A stretch of DNA of 64,000 nucleotides, taken from NCBI GenBank assembly GCA_013239625.1, contig MU053561.1:5067214-5131213 (forward strand), in the 5' to 3' direction. Positions 37,171 through 48,820 of this stretch are shown in pieces; the first letter of the stretch is position 1; every line of letters starts with the position of its first letter. A model generated the notes under the pieces. That model was not told the DNA's origin and did not search any database. It saw nothing but the letters and a program-made list of their open reading frames with translations. Position numbers and translations under genes: made by a program. Source of the stretch: Lama guanicoe. Taxonomy: Eukaryota.

Positions 37171-39764
37171 CAGTAGCAATTGTGTTAGTTTTCTACTCTT
37201 TCAGTGCTCAGACACACTCCTGGTGATTCCAGTTAAGGTAGCTGGCATGTATGCCAACTTTACACCTTTCAAAGCCCTTTAACTCTTGTTCCATCCCAGC
37301 CTAGAGTGGACAGCCAGTTAGAAACAGTGATGGAGATTTCTCAGAGTGGATCCAATGGGTACAGGGAGAATGACAGGTGACAGTGAGGGAGGAGAGAGGA
37401 AAAGCCTGATGGGCACATCCTACACAGCATAATTGGTTCTGAAGGCATCAGGGCATAGCAACATGGTGCAGTAATTGATGTTGGTAATAACCCTGAGTCA
37501 TCGAGAGGTTAAATCATAAATATGTCACCGCGAGCTGATTACTCAACTCATTTTCACAATATTCATTGGACACCCAGTATGTGCCTGACTCTGTCTGGAC
37601 CCCCAGGATGGAAAGATGGATAAGGCATGGTCCCTGCCCTCAAAAAAGTCTCTGGACTTCAACTGCTTCCATTATAAAATGAAGGAGTCAAACTCAATGA
37701 TTCCTAAGATTCCTTTCTGGAGGTCCTAAAAGCTTTATGCATTAGGACTTGAGTCTCAACAGTCCTGTGAGATGGTAATCCAGGTAACAGAAGCCTGTTA
37801 GGCAAATGACAAACTGAGACTCGGAGAGGTTAGCGTCTGACTCCAGGTCACACAGTCCATGAGAAGCAGAGCTAGGACACTCCACACTGAAACCAGCCAC
37901 ACAAATCGGAAGGTCTTCTTACTCCCACCCCTGTGCTCTTTCCACACTCTCATCCTTCCTCCAAAGGGCGAGTGGAGTAGATGGAGAATAGCTCTTGCAT
38001 TTGACAAGCACATCAATTTACAGGCCAGGAATACAACACTCGACAGCTGCAAAACCAAACTCATGTGCCGTTGGACAGTAATAAATAACCTGTAAGAACA
38101 AGCACAACCAAAATGGCATTGAAGGATCTGTCAAAATCAACAGCAAGATAAATCAAAAAAGTCAATAGTGACTGCTCCAAGGCACATGTCTGAACAACTA
38201 AAATCTCTTGGAGAAAGAAAATGTGGTAGGACGGAAAAGGCACCTTGGGAGCACTTATTTGAAAAAGAAAAGAAAGAAAACTGAAAAACCAGACACACAT
38301 CGTTGTTGGCAGAGTTGGTGCAATCGCAGAGAAAAGATGGGGTGGGGATGCTTTCCCATACCCTGCTTTCTTCTCGCGTGGCTGGCACAGGACACCTGTC
38401 AAGCCCTCTGTGGCTGAGAATGTACAGACTATGGTGGCAAACAGGTGTCACGTCTGCCTGCAGACAATGTACAAATGGAGACAGAAGGCAGCTAAGAACC
38501 ACCGGATTGAGACATATGGCGATCACCCAGCAGAGGTGGTTGGCAGCCTCTGGTCCAATATGAGACATCGAGAAGCACAGCCCTGGGGATGGGTGTGTAT
38601 GGAGCACCTTCATTGTTCCCGATGCTCTGCTAGAGATTTTATAAACGCTAGTCCGTCCACCCTTCACAAGTCTTCGGGTAGATAATCCTCCCTGAAGCTC
38701 AAAGAATTGACCCGCCCAGGATTACACGGTTAACGAGTGGCCAAGCAAGGACTTGAACACAGCTTGCGTTCGGAGCCCCGGCTCTTCCTGCTCCTCCACA
38801 CAGCCCCCGAGCCTAGGTTCTGGCCCCACTACACTTTTATGAGCTGTGACACCTTGGACAAATCTTTAAGTCTCTGCATCATCTGCTTCCTGAGACCTGC
38901 CTATCTCATGGAATTGTCAAGATCCAAGGAGGTGAAAGGCATGAGCATTTTTTAATCTGAAAAGACTCCTGCAGTCAAGATGCTGTTAACTTTAACAAAA
39001 ACAATAGTAAGACTTACTGAGCACCTACTATGTGCCAGGCACCAGGTTTACTGCTTTACGGGGATTACTTCATTTAATTCTCACAACAGTCTGTGAATTG
39101 GCATCCTCTTCGTTTTCTAGATGAAAAGAGCTGAGGCTTACAGAGGTGAAGGAACTTGCCAGCAAGTGGCAGGGCCAGGCTGGGAGCAGGCTTAGTTACT
39201 CCGGAACCCCTGCTGTGAACCAGCTGCTGAACAGCAAAGGCCTTCCCATCGCCTTTGGTAATTTTATTGCCCTCCTCCCCTGTGGCCACGGGGCTTAGCT
39301 GTGCTGGCCTACTTTGAGACTTTTCCCTTAGATGTAGGAACTGGAAATGTTCACTGTGGGAAGGCCAGCACGTTCTGCAGTTGAAAGCAGACTGCTTTCT
39401 GTTATCTGTAGCTCATCTTTGTCCATTTGAACTGAAAAATGCCACAAAGAACATGCCCAGCTTGCTGGCCACAGGCCACTCCTGAGTTAGGTCCTAAGTT
39501 AGGAGACAAATCCGCCCAGAATTCCAAGGGTTCCCAGTCTAATGGGGGAGCACGAACTCAAGTATGAACTGAGCCCCATTCTGAGCCAGGCTCTGTGTTA
39601 GGCCCTGGGACGACAAAGACGAGCAAGACAACACATTGTGGTACCGGCTCCAACTGGGATTTGCACAGGCTATGTCAGGGCCCAGAGGAAAGACCCCTGG
39701 CCCTGCTGGGTGGGAGAGGTCAGAAAAGCCTTCCAAAAGAAGAAAGTGGGGTTTCAGAGTTTAC

Positions 39765-39897
39765 TTTTTTTTTTTTCTTTTTTGCCAGGGAGAGGTAATT
39801 AGGTTATTTATTTTTTAGAGGAGGTACCAGAGATTGAACCCAGGACCTCATGTATGCTAAGCATGCATTCTACCGCTTGAGCTATACCTCCCCCTAC
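39765..39897 (-). mobile_element. tRNA-Ala-derived SINE (Vic-1-like)
   Basis: Same structure as the 7795-7930 copy, including the GGAGAGGTAATTAGGTT tail segment. Confidence 0.85.
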
Positions 39898-42800
39898 CCG
39901 AGCTACCTTCTGATTGTCTGCACCTGCACTGCGAAAGAGTTGGCATAAATTGTCTCTACTCCTCGCAGCAACAATCGTATTGGGCAAATAGTATTATTGT
40001 TATCTTATAGTTAATGTAGCAAGTAACTTGCTTGAGGCATCAGAGCAGTAAATAGCAGAGCCAGACTCCGACACAAGAGCTCCGCTCCGATTCCAAGCTT
40101 GACAGACTATAAAGTTTTTGCTCTAATGTGTCACGTTGTCTCAGAGAACACTGTGCTACAAGCTATGGCGAAGGAAGAAACCACACACCACGAGGGACCA
40201 GAACGGGAGAGGGTCACTGAGCAGGCCGTCTGCGAGGAGGAAGGATGGCGTGCGGAGCCACGGTAGAGTGATTCAGGACAGGCCTGCCCGGGTTCTTCCT
40301 GATTCTGGTGGGTCCTCTGGGTCGTGTGCAGGGAGGAACCTTCTAAAAGCTCAAGACCATGTGCCCCACAGTCCAGGGGATGGGGTGATATTTTTGGTTG
40401 GAAGGTAAGGTAAAGATGAGTTGTATTTGACTTGGAGGAAACAGAAAGCCACTCATACAAACTTGAGCAAAAAAAGAAAAGCAAACGAGGAAAGGGAGTA
40501 TTTATTTTAAGGATTCATGCATTTTGTAGAACCCAAGGACTAGCAACGTACTGTGACCACAGGAGGGACATGCGCACTGGCCCCGTCAGCCCTCGCACTC
40601 CTGTCTCTGCTTCTGCCTGGTGTCTCCTCGGCCTTTCCCCTGCAGTTTGGCTCTGTCTCTCAGAAGATGCTTCCAGACACTTTCTCAGACCTAACGTCTC
40701 CGATCCACACGTCTCAATCCCCAGGAGAGAGAGTCCACAGCTATGGATGGGAAGTAAGGGTGTCTGTTCTCAGAGAAGGTGGAGTTTGGGGGGCCGGAGA
40801 GACCCCAGAGATATGTCCGACTCCAGACATTGTTAGAACCTCTGTGTCCTGGAGAGAAGGTGCTGAGAGATGTTTGTTTTTACTTTCTCATTCTGCCCTT
40901 CAAAGTAATACATTGGTTTCCACATTTATAATTCTTCTCTGGAATTATTAAATCCATAAATAAAGATTTAATCTTTTAAGCTCTGCACGGTGCGAGCTGA
41001 AGTTAAGGAACAGGCAGAGGAGAGCTTACCAGTCCTGGTGGCCGGGGTGGCAAAGGAGGAAGCGTCAGGCTGCAGCGGCAGAGGAGAGGCTGCAGCTGCT
41101 GAGAGGGGCAAAGGGCAGAAGCACGGCCTCTGCTCTCTGGCTGAAGGAACAGAAGAGCCCTCCCGGAGCTGAGACAACACTGCCGAGGCAGCCAGAGAGA
41201 GGCTGGACCCCAGGTCCCAGAGAGACCTGGCTCCGGCTGGGAGAAATACCAAGACAGTCTCAACTCTCAAAATGGGCATGTTTTGACTTAAACCAGGTAG
41301 TAAAATGGGGAGCAGTGGAAGAGATGCTCCAGGAGCCGCAGAGAAGGGGGTGCCTATCCAAGGAGAGGGATTGAGAAGGGATCCAGAAACTCTGAGCCTG
41401 GAGGAGGCGGAAGAGAGAAAGGGCGCTGGTTCCTGTTTAGCTCAGAGCCTGATCCCAGAGGAAGCGATGACAGCTGAATCAACAACTTCATTCCTTACAT
41501 CTCTGCCCTCTCCCTCCCTCCCCAGGGCTCAGGCAACAGTGGCTCAGGTTCCCTGATGAAAATGACAAGACAAATGCGTTGGTTTCTCTGGCAGGCAGAC
41601 ACAAAGACCAGCAGCAGGGAGGAGAAGATATTGAGAACCAAGAAGAGAGCTTGGAGGTTAGGGTGGGAAACTCTCAGGGCAGAGTAGGGGTAAAGGGAGC
41701 CCTTGCAACCCTGCCTTGGGATGGAGAGGTGACATCTGGACCAAGGGTCTGGCAGACAGCTGTCCCCCCTCCTGCTTCCTGAGGCTCTTCCTGCAGCTCC
41801 ATCCCCAGCTGTTGATGGTCGTAGGGCCAAGTCTTGGGAGCAGACGTGGAAATTCTCTTTGGACTTTAAGCCTCTCTTTCCCCCATTAGGGCCTCTGCTC
41901 TCCACTGTCTCTTGTTCAACCCCAACCAGAGTTCATAACCCATTTCTGCTAAGTGATGTGCTATGGAGGGTCTGAGAAGGGGCAGTGGGGCTGCTTTTTG
42001 ACGGTAGGATACAGCCCCCGAGGCTCTCTCCTTGAGCAACAGAGAGTTTCGTTTAATGAATCTGGACACTTGGCTGGATCTACCCACACAATTCCACTCA
42101 CCTTGTGAAATGCTTCCAAGATAGTTCTAGCTGTTGTCCAGGAGCCAGAAAGAGAAAAAACAAGAAGTAATAAGTGACAAGGCCCCAGAGATTTCTGCCC
42201 TTTCAGAAAAGTCTGAGTGAACTTTTCCAAAGAAATTTGAGGCAGGTGCGCACACACACACAAGCTGCTTTTCCCCCCCTCTCATTGAGCAGCCAGGCAA
42301 AGAAAGATGCCACAAAGACAGGCACACACGGTGTGGGGTGCAGGGACCCGGTGTCAGTACTCGCTCCTCATGATGATGCCACTTACACGGGGCCTCTCTG
42401 AGCTACTCCCTCCTCAGGGTTGTCAAAAAGCCGCTTCTGCTGTTTGGTGCAGTGTCAGGATACTCTACAGACACGGCCCCACCCTCTAGCAGCTCAAGAT
42501 CGGACAGTGACACGCAGCGTCACACTAGGAAGGAGACGAGCGCCCCACCACGTGCACACGCACGTGCGCACACGCGCCCTCCTGGGCCTGGACCCCTTTC
42601 TCCAGGCCTCCGCTGAGAACTCCCCCCCTCCTCCACACCCTCCTTGTGCGCCGTGAGCTGCGGGAACCAGATGTTCCGTGGGCAGACCCCTCCGTGGGCT
42701 GACAGGCGGTGATTACTGCTGCCAGCCCCACATTAGAGAGAACTGAATGGAAGCGAGCCCCCACCCGCCCCGCTCCCTACAATAGGGCCTTTGTGAGGTG

Positions 42801-42964
42801 CTTCACTGCCTTTCGTTCCCCTTCCTCACCAACCTACGTCAGGAGCAGCTCTGCCGGGGGAGACAAGAGATGACAAAGGGAGGATCACAGGCCCTGACAG
42901 ATCCCCTCTTCTAGGGAGCAGGGACAGGACAGGGACGGACTTGGGAGAGGAGACCTGGGCCTTT

Positions 42965-43421
42965 TGTTACCGGACGCAAGTTCATGCACCCAACACACAG
43001 TGAGGCCAAACAAACCGACACATCAGAGTTTGGAGCATAGGAAGGTTGAGTGCAGGGCCGAGCAAGGAGGACGGGTGGTCCTGTTTCAAATACCCTGAAC
43101 TCCCTGAAGGGTTTCAGCTGAGTATTTTCAAAAGCCAGGTGAGAGAGGGGAGCCCCGGGCCTGTGGTCAGCTGTGCACAATTATCTGATTGGTTGTTGTT
43201 GAGGTAACAGGGCGTGTCACAGGGGTTAATATGATCAATCTTAGGTGCCCATAGGTCTGGGGGCTCGTGATCAAGTAACTAACATCTTCCATTGGGTAAG
43301 GATTCTAGCATCTGTAAAACAACTCAGGACATGTGCGCCGCATACCATTACCTAGGTCCTTCAGAGAGGGTATGGGGGAGGAGTCGGTCCCAGGAAGGAC
43401 CATAGGGTCCTGCTCGTTACA
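42965..43421 (-). mobile_element. Solo LTR of the same family as 7183-7660, opposite orientation
   Basis: Reverse complement starts TGTAACGAGCAGGACCCTATGG, matching the 7183 LTR start, and ends GGTAACA. Confidence 0.8.
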
Positions 43422-44394
43422 CTCCCTCCCCACCGTGGGGTAAATAACCAAGAGGACTCCCAGGGCTGCCTGAGGTCAACTTCACTGTCAAAGCAGTGGA
43501 TCTCGTCCATCAGATGGCCTCGCTCCTGAGTGCTGGACACAAGGAAGAAGAGGCTGGAGTGGGTCCAGTACAGATCTCTGCAGATTCCTAGAGACTGGAG
43601 TCTAAAACCCAGGTCACTTCCTCCTGTCCCTTTTCCCTTCTCCGGGTGGCCTTCTGCAATTCCAGACCAGAGACCAAAGAACTAGGCAGGAAAGGGTTAA
43701 GTTTCCAGGCCTCCCGGACAGACTTGGGCCAGGTTCCAGGACTGGGGTTGGTAGGTGGGGGTGAGGAGGGTGGAGAGAGGGATGTGCTGGGAAACTGGTA
43801 AGAATAACATCTGGGCCGTGGTCACTGCCCCTCCTCCTCGCCCCAACTGCAGGCGCCGTGGCAGGAGGAAAATCAGAGTGGTTCTGACCAAGCATTATTG
43901 TGCAACCTGGCACTGGAGACAGCCGGGTGCTGGAGACAGAAGCGGGGTTCAGCATTGGCGGCAGAGTCCCAGAGGTGAGACTTTGTTCTTACTGAACACA
44001 CATGCCTTCAGGGCTCTGGTTTCCACATTAGACTAAATGTGACTAAAATCCATTTTCTGGTTCAAAACCTCAGAGAATTGGAATTAGAAGCTCTGCCCCT
44101 GGGCTCCCGTCTTGTGGCCAGAGGCACTGTGCCACTGGTGGTTCTGGGAGGGCTGCCGTGGACGAAGGTGAGTGTGGACGGAGGCCTTTTTCACCCAGCC
44201 TCCTGAAGTGGCGGGATTCTGCCGCTTCTCCAGGCGCCTCCCAGTCAAATCTGTACCTAGAGAAGTTCCCTTTGCCTCAGCAAGGGAGCCCAGCCAAGTC
44301 CCTAATGTGGCTGAAGGAGTGCGGATGGGGCAGAGAAGAAAATGGAGGATCATGGGAGGAAACCCGATCGGAGGGCTACCCCAAACAAACACAG

Positions 44395-44864
44395 GCCAGG
44401 AAAAGTGGATTTTCCTTTTAATGCAAAAGACTGCAATACAAAATGAGTCCCATTCTTTAGGGTACTGGAGGGGGAAGAGGAGGAGGGCAGAGTTGAAAGT
44501 CTCCTCCTAGCCCTCTCTCCCCTGACTTGCACTGAGGCAAGAAATACTCTGCTGCCTCTTCCGTGGGGTTGCCCCCACACGAGGGTCAGAGCTCTGCGTC
44601 TGGGTGGTCTCCGACTGGCCTGACATTCCTTGACGTGGGAGCGGGAGGGAACAAGTGAACCTTTAGGGCTTTCTCTTAGGTCTAAAAGGATTCTTCAAGC
44701 TCTGGAGTCCCATATGAAAAGAAGGGGCAATGAAAATTTGGCTTCAATTGGCTAAAAATGTGAGATTTGAATCACAACTTGCCCACATTCGGAGACTGAG
44801 GAGCGGGAAATTTAGTAGGGATATAACTGTATGGAGGTGAAAGAGACTGAACTAGCTCCCTCCC
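44395..44864 (-). other. OLFML3: OLFML3 3'UTR ending near ATTAAA poly(A) signal (44417-44422)
   Basis: ATTAAA variant hexamer ~440 nt after the stop, followed on minus by a GU-rich stretch (CCTGTGTTTGTTTG); end approximate. Confidence 0.7.
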
Positions 44865-45685
44865 TCAAACTTCTTCCTCCTTCTTCCTCATCTCCAGCTT
44901 ATAGACAATCTGGTAGCCATCATCCCAGGCATAGAGCTGGCGCTCTCGGGGGTTATAGCGGAGGCTGGCATGGGCACCATATCGGCGGGGGAAATAAGGG
45001 AGTGCTGCCCTCTCGGGGGTCAGGGTGCCACTGGCATCAAAGGAGCACTGGATGCGGGCCCGACTGGCGGGGCGAGTGTTATAGACGACATATAGGGTCC
45101 CACAGATGACAAAGGCAGCCTCAGCATTCTCTCTGGGACACGGTGTATCCCACTGCTGCTCTGTGTCCAGTGTCTGTGGGTCTAACTTGGCCAGACACAA
45201 GTGCCTGTCATCCTCCCGAGTGGCATAGACAGCCCAAAGGCCCTCCTCGTCAGCCGCCAGGTCTATGTACGTGTCTGCCGTCAGCCCGTACGGGGGGATC
45301 AAACCCTCTGCGGGGAATACGGAACTGTCCACCACCGTGCGGTTGGCCAGGTGGAATTTGATGAGCTGCAAAGTGTTCTCCAACTCATCGCCCCCTCCAG
45401 GTCTTCCAGGAGGCCTCCGGGCATAATACAGAAAGCCGCCATATACCAGCTGGCCCGTGCCTACCCAGGGGAAGGGCACCCGGACTCGGGAAGCTTTCCG
45501 GGCAGCCATGGCCAGGGTGAAGTCACGCAGCCTTGGGAAGACGAAGGCTGTGTCGTTCTGGGTCCCATCTAACACATAGATCTTCTCTGCAGGTCCCAAT
45601 GGGTCCTTTGTCCACAGGCCCACAGGCCCCCCGAAACGCTTCAGGATCTTCATTGATCTCACCTGGGAGATGGTGTAGCCACAGT
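44865..45685 (-). CDS. OLFML3: OLFML3 exon 3, olfactomedin domain; DCGYTISQVRSMKILKRFGG...YKLEMRKKEEEV*
   Basis: ORF 44865..45710; olfactomedin motifs (DLAADEEGLWAVY, LRYNPRERQLYAWDDG); exons sum to 1221 nt = 406 aa plus stop. Confidence 0.97.
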
Positions 45686-45744
45686 CTGGTGGGAAAGGAG
45701 AAGAGCACAAGACAAGGAAACACAGGCAAGAGTTAGATGCTCAG

Positions 45745-45769
45745 TGCAGGAACTCCCCAGGGGGCGCCA
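45745..45769 (+). promoter_or_regulatory. Candidate CTCF site in OLFML3 intron 2
   Basis: TGCAGgaacTCCCCAGGGGGCGCC resembles the CTCF core plus upstream TGCAG module; 2 mismatches to core consensus. Confidence 0.45.
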
Positions 45770-45998
45770 TTTGGAGAAGAGCCAGCATTTGCCCAGTGGC
45801 TGCCTCTATTCTTACCGGGATTAGAGAAAAGGTATGTGGGTCCTCAGAAACTCTCCTTAACAAACTGTTATTATAGAGATTTCCCTAAGACAGATTCCAG
45901 AAGGCAGAGCCAAATGGACTGGGATAGGGAGAAAAAAAGAAAGAACCAAGGAAGAATACAGGTACTGAGAGTGTCAGGGGTTAGTTCAGATTGCTTAC

Positions 45999-46284
45999 CT
46001 GTCACCATATCATACTTCTCATTCCTTCTGCCCTTGCCTTTGGTCCCATGACCTCCGGTCACCTTCTCGTCAACCTCTACACAGGGGAGGGCTGGGTTCT
46101 GGGTCTCCAGATAGTCCACTTCCCGCTCCAGACGGTCCACTCTCCCCGAGATGGTGTCTGCCTCAGTTCTGAGCGCCTCCCGCTCCTTCTCGGCCACCTC
46201 CAGCAGCGGCAGCATCTTGTTCTTGAAGTCCCGCAGCTCAGCAGCGTGCCGACTACTCTGGTCCTGGCACTGGGCCAGCCGTTC
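45999..46284 (-). CDS. OLFML3: OLFML3 exon 2 (coiled coil); ERLAQCQDQSSRHAAELRDFKNKMLPLLEVAEKEREALRTE...KYDMVT
   Basis: ORF 45871..46380; CAG acceptor 46285-46287, GTAAGC donor 45993-45998; 286 nt. Confidence 0.96.
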
Positions 46285-46980
46285 CTGAAGGGATGGGGCG
46301 GCAGGAGGGAGGGCTGGAGGGTTACAACTCCCGGCCAGGGAGAGGCCCAACCAGGGAGTCAGGAATGGCAAAAAGCACAAACTCAGCCAGGCATCAACAT
46401 CCCCTTCAGCCCCACGGAAAGGAAACCAAATGTTCAGAGGTGCTAAATGTGCAAAGAGCCTGGCTAAGATTCACCTAGGCCTCCATCCCGACTTGGAGTC
46501 CTGCAGACTGTCTCTGTGAGCAATGCCACTGAGTCATCTGGGCTTCTAGGGCCGTCCATGTGCAGGAGGGTGAGAAAGGGTCTCTGCTCCGTTATACAGT
46601 CTTCCTCTTGGGAATTAAGATGCTACAGACTTCAAACTTAAAAAGGCAGAGAGTTGCAGATATTCTGAGAATTTCCAACTTTAGCAGAATCATTAGCTCA
46701 TCCTGAGATGCAGCCCCACAATTCCAGCTCTCATGGCCACTCTGTTCCCTCAGCCCATCTAATCCTGGAGGTAAAATGCAAAAGGGTCTATCTGCTCTGG
46801 AATTGCTCTTTGTGTGTGGGGAAAAGAGGAGGGCTTGCAACTTTGAGGATCCTCTTATTAAAAGATGAAGTTTTCTGTAGGTCTTTACAGAGCCCTAACT
46901 TGGCATTCACCCACTGACAAACTGGATAAATCAACAGATGTGGAATCCTTCCAGGCTGGGCCAGAAAAGGAGTCACTTAC

Positions 46981-47094
46981 CTCCAAGGCAGCTAGTCGGC
47001 GCTCCATGTACTCCACCAGGTGGTGCTGCTGTCCTTGAAGGGGTCCCGACCATGACAAAAGGAACAAGATGAGGAGAGGAGTGCGGGGCCCCAT
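46981..47094 (-). CDS. OLFML3: OLFML3 exon 1 (signal peptide and start of coiled coil); MGPRTPLLILFLLSWSGPLQGQQHHLVEYMERRLAALE
   Basis: Strong Kozak GCTGCCATGG; hydrophobic signal peptide; GTAAGT donor 46975-46980; 114 nt. Confidence 0.96.
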
Positions 47095-47300
47095 GGCAGC
47101 CGGAGAGTGGGGCCAGGGGAGACCGAGTGTGTAGTCGTGTGCAGACGGCCTCTTCCACTCAAGCCGGCGGGCTAGCTTTGGAGGCGGGGTGGGGGCGGTG
47201 CCTTTTCTCTTTCTGGATCTCCGGGTCTCTCTCACTACTCTGGAATGCTCTCACAGTCTTTACAGCCCCCACCCCCTCCTTTCCGCTCGGATTGATCAAA
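47095..47300 (-). promoter_or_regulatory. OLFML3: OLFML3 5'UTR / proximal promoter
   Basis: Directly upstream of the ATG; GC-box-like GGAGGCGGGGTGGGGGCGG ~47180-47198 and GGAATG (TEAD-like) ~47242; TSS cannot be located from sequence. Confidence 0.5.
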
Positions 47301-48769
47301 CACAGATGGCCCTATTGCAGAGCAGCCAGAAGCTTAACCACCTCCCGCCTAGGCTGCAGGCCCCTCAGGAGAGGGGTAGGAGACTGGGAACCCTGGGGCA
47401 AAGGCCTTCTGGGCAGTCACCCAGGAAAAGGAGTTAGCAGGGGGAGGCAGAGGCCCCAGAGAAGACGCAGCAAACTCTATTCCTGTTTTAGAATGCTTCC
47501 AGTGCTGACTTAAGAAACAGGCTTCATGAATCCTTCCCTCTCCCAAAAATAACAGCATGGATTGGTTTCTGCCTTTAGTGGTGGCTGGAAACAGAGGGGA
47601 TGAGGTTTGAGGGGAAGAGGTGGGTAAAAGGGCCACAGTGGGCAAGGCTGTACCACCTTCTTCTACAGCTCATTGGTGCCATCTTGTGCCAAGCACCTGG
47701 TATCACCTCAGGATTTACAGGGAAACCAAGGCTTAGACTTCACCTCCTGTGGAAAATTTTCCACAAAGCAAGCCAAGCAGATAGAATTTACAGGGGTTTT
47801 TGTGATTACAATGTAGCTTTCCCCATGGACTATCCGATTATTTATGGGGCTATCCCAATCTCTCTGTGATTTAGCCTAAGAAAGAGAATGTAGCTGAGAT
47901 TAAACTATCAGAAAACAAACAAACAAAAAACCCCAAAACACGTGATTGAGAAACTAGTAAATTAATTCTGGATTATCTGGAAGCAAGACTGACAACAGAG
48001 CCTTTTTATATATAGTCTTCCTTTGCCCCAAAGCTTCTAGGTATATTCTTACCAAAACTGGAAAGTAGTCACTGAGCTCACACTGATTTTACATTCATCT
48101 AAAGAAAAAAAATCTTGAAATGTATGTTGCAGTCTAAACCAAAATAAATGTACTCTGACCTCCCTACTGTCTGGGGAGAAGGGGCTAGTGATAATTTCTC
48201 TTGGTTATGGTCCAAAAGGGTGTTTCTAAATGTTTCTCATTGCTATATCCCAGTGATGACTGCAGGAGCCCAAAATGAACAATGACCCCTGTAAGGTACA
48301 CCTGTCCTGAAACACATGCATCAAAAGAAGTCAAATGAACATAGTGATTATTCAGAGACGTGCAGTGATGAATGTAGACAAATCTCTAATTCTTCATCAG
48401 GAGAAATTTTACTCACTTTCATCAAGAGAAATCTGATCAAAAATCTTCTCTTAAAACAAATATGCTTCTAACAGTGCAGTTTGAAAGGAAGGGAAAACAG
48501 CATCTCCTTGTGGTTGTTCTTATTCTCATTCTGCTATTGAGATATCTGGTGGAACACGTTAGGAAGCAGATTTTAATTAGCTTGTGTCCGAAGTTTCTGC
48601 CTCTTTCACAGGGCCAGATCGGTTAGGGCCCTGACACTCCATTCTTGGGAAGTGTTCCCTACTCACTCCTGTTCTGCTGTGGAGATTTGTATGAAGAAAG
48701 AATTTGTCTCTAACTCAACTGATGTTCAGATGCAATGTGTTTAGCCACTCACTCCCTTCGTCCCCCTAT

Positions 48770-48820
48770 AAAAGAAGTCAAACACAGACACATGAATCAG
48801 AAAATTTACCCATTTTTATT
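48770..48820 (-). terminator. HIPK1: HIPK1 distal polyadenylation signal and downstream GU-rich element
   Basis: AATAAA at 48815-48820 (plus strand tttatt), followed on minus by TTCATGTGTCTGTGTTTGACTT. Confidence 0.8.

Noticed and set aside
1..44300. Numerous 60-200 aa ORFs in the six-frame track across the intergenic region
   Set aside because: No recognisable domains, many start at non-ATG codons, overlap repeats or low-complexity sequence, and form no consistent splice chain
44831..46446. Plus-strand ORFs antisense to OLFML3 exons
   Set aside because: Expected shadow ORFs of GC-rich coding exons
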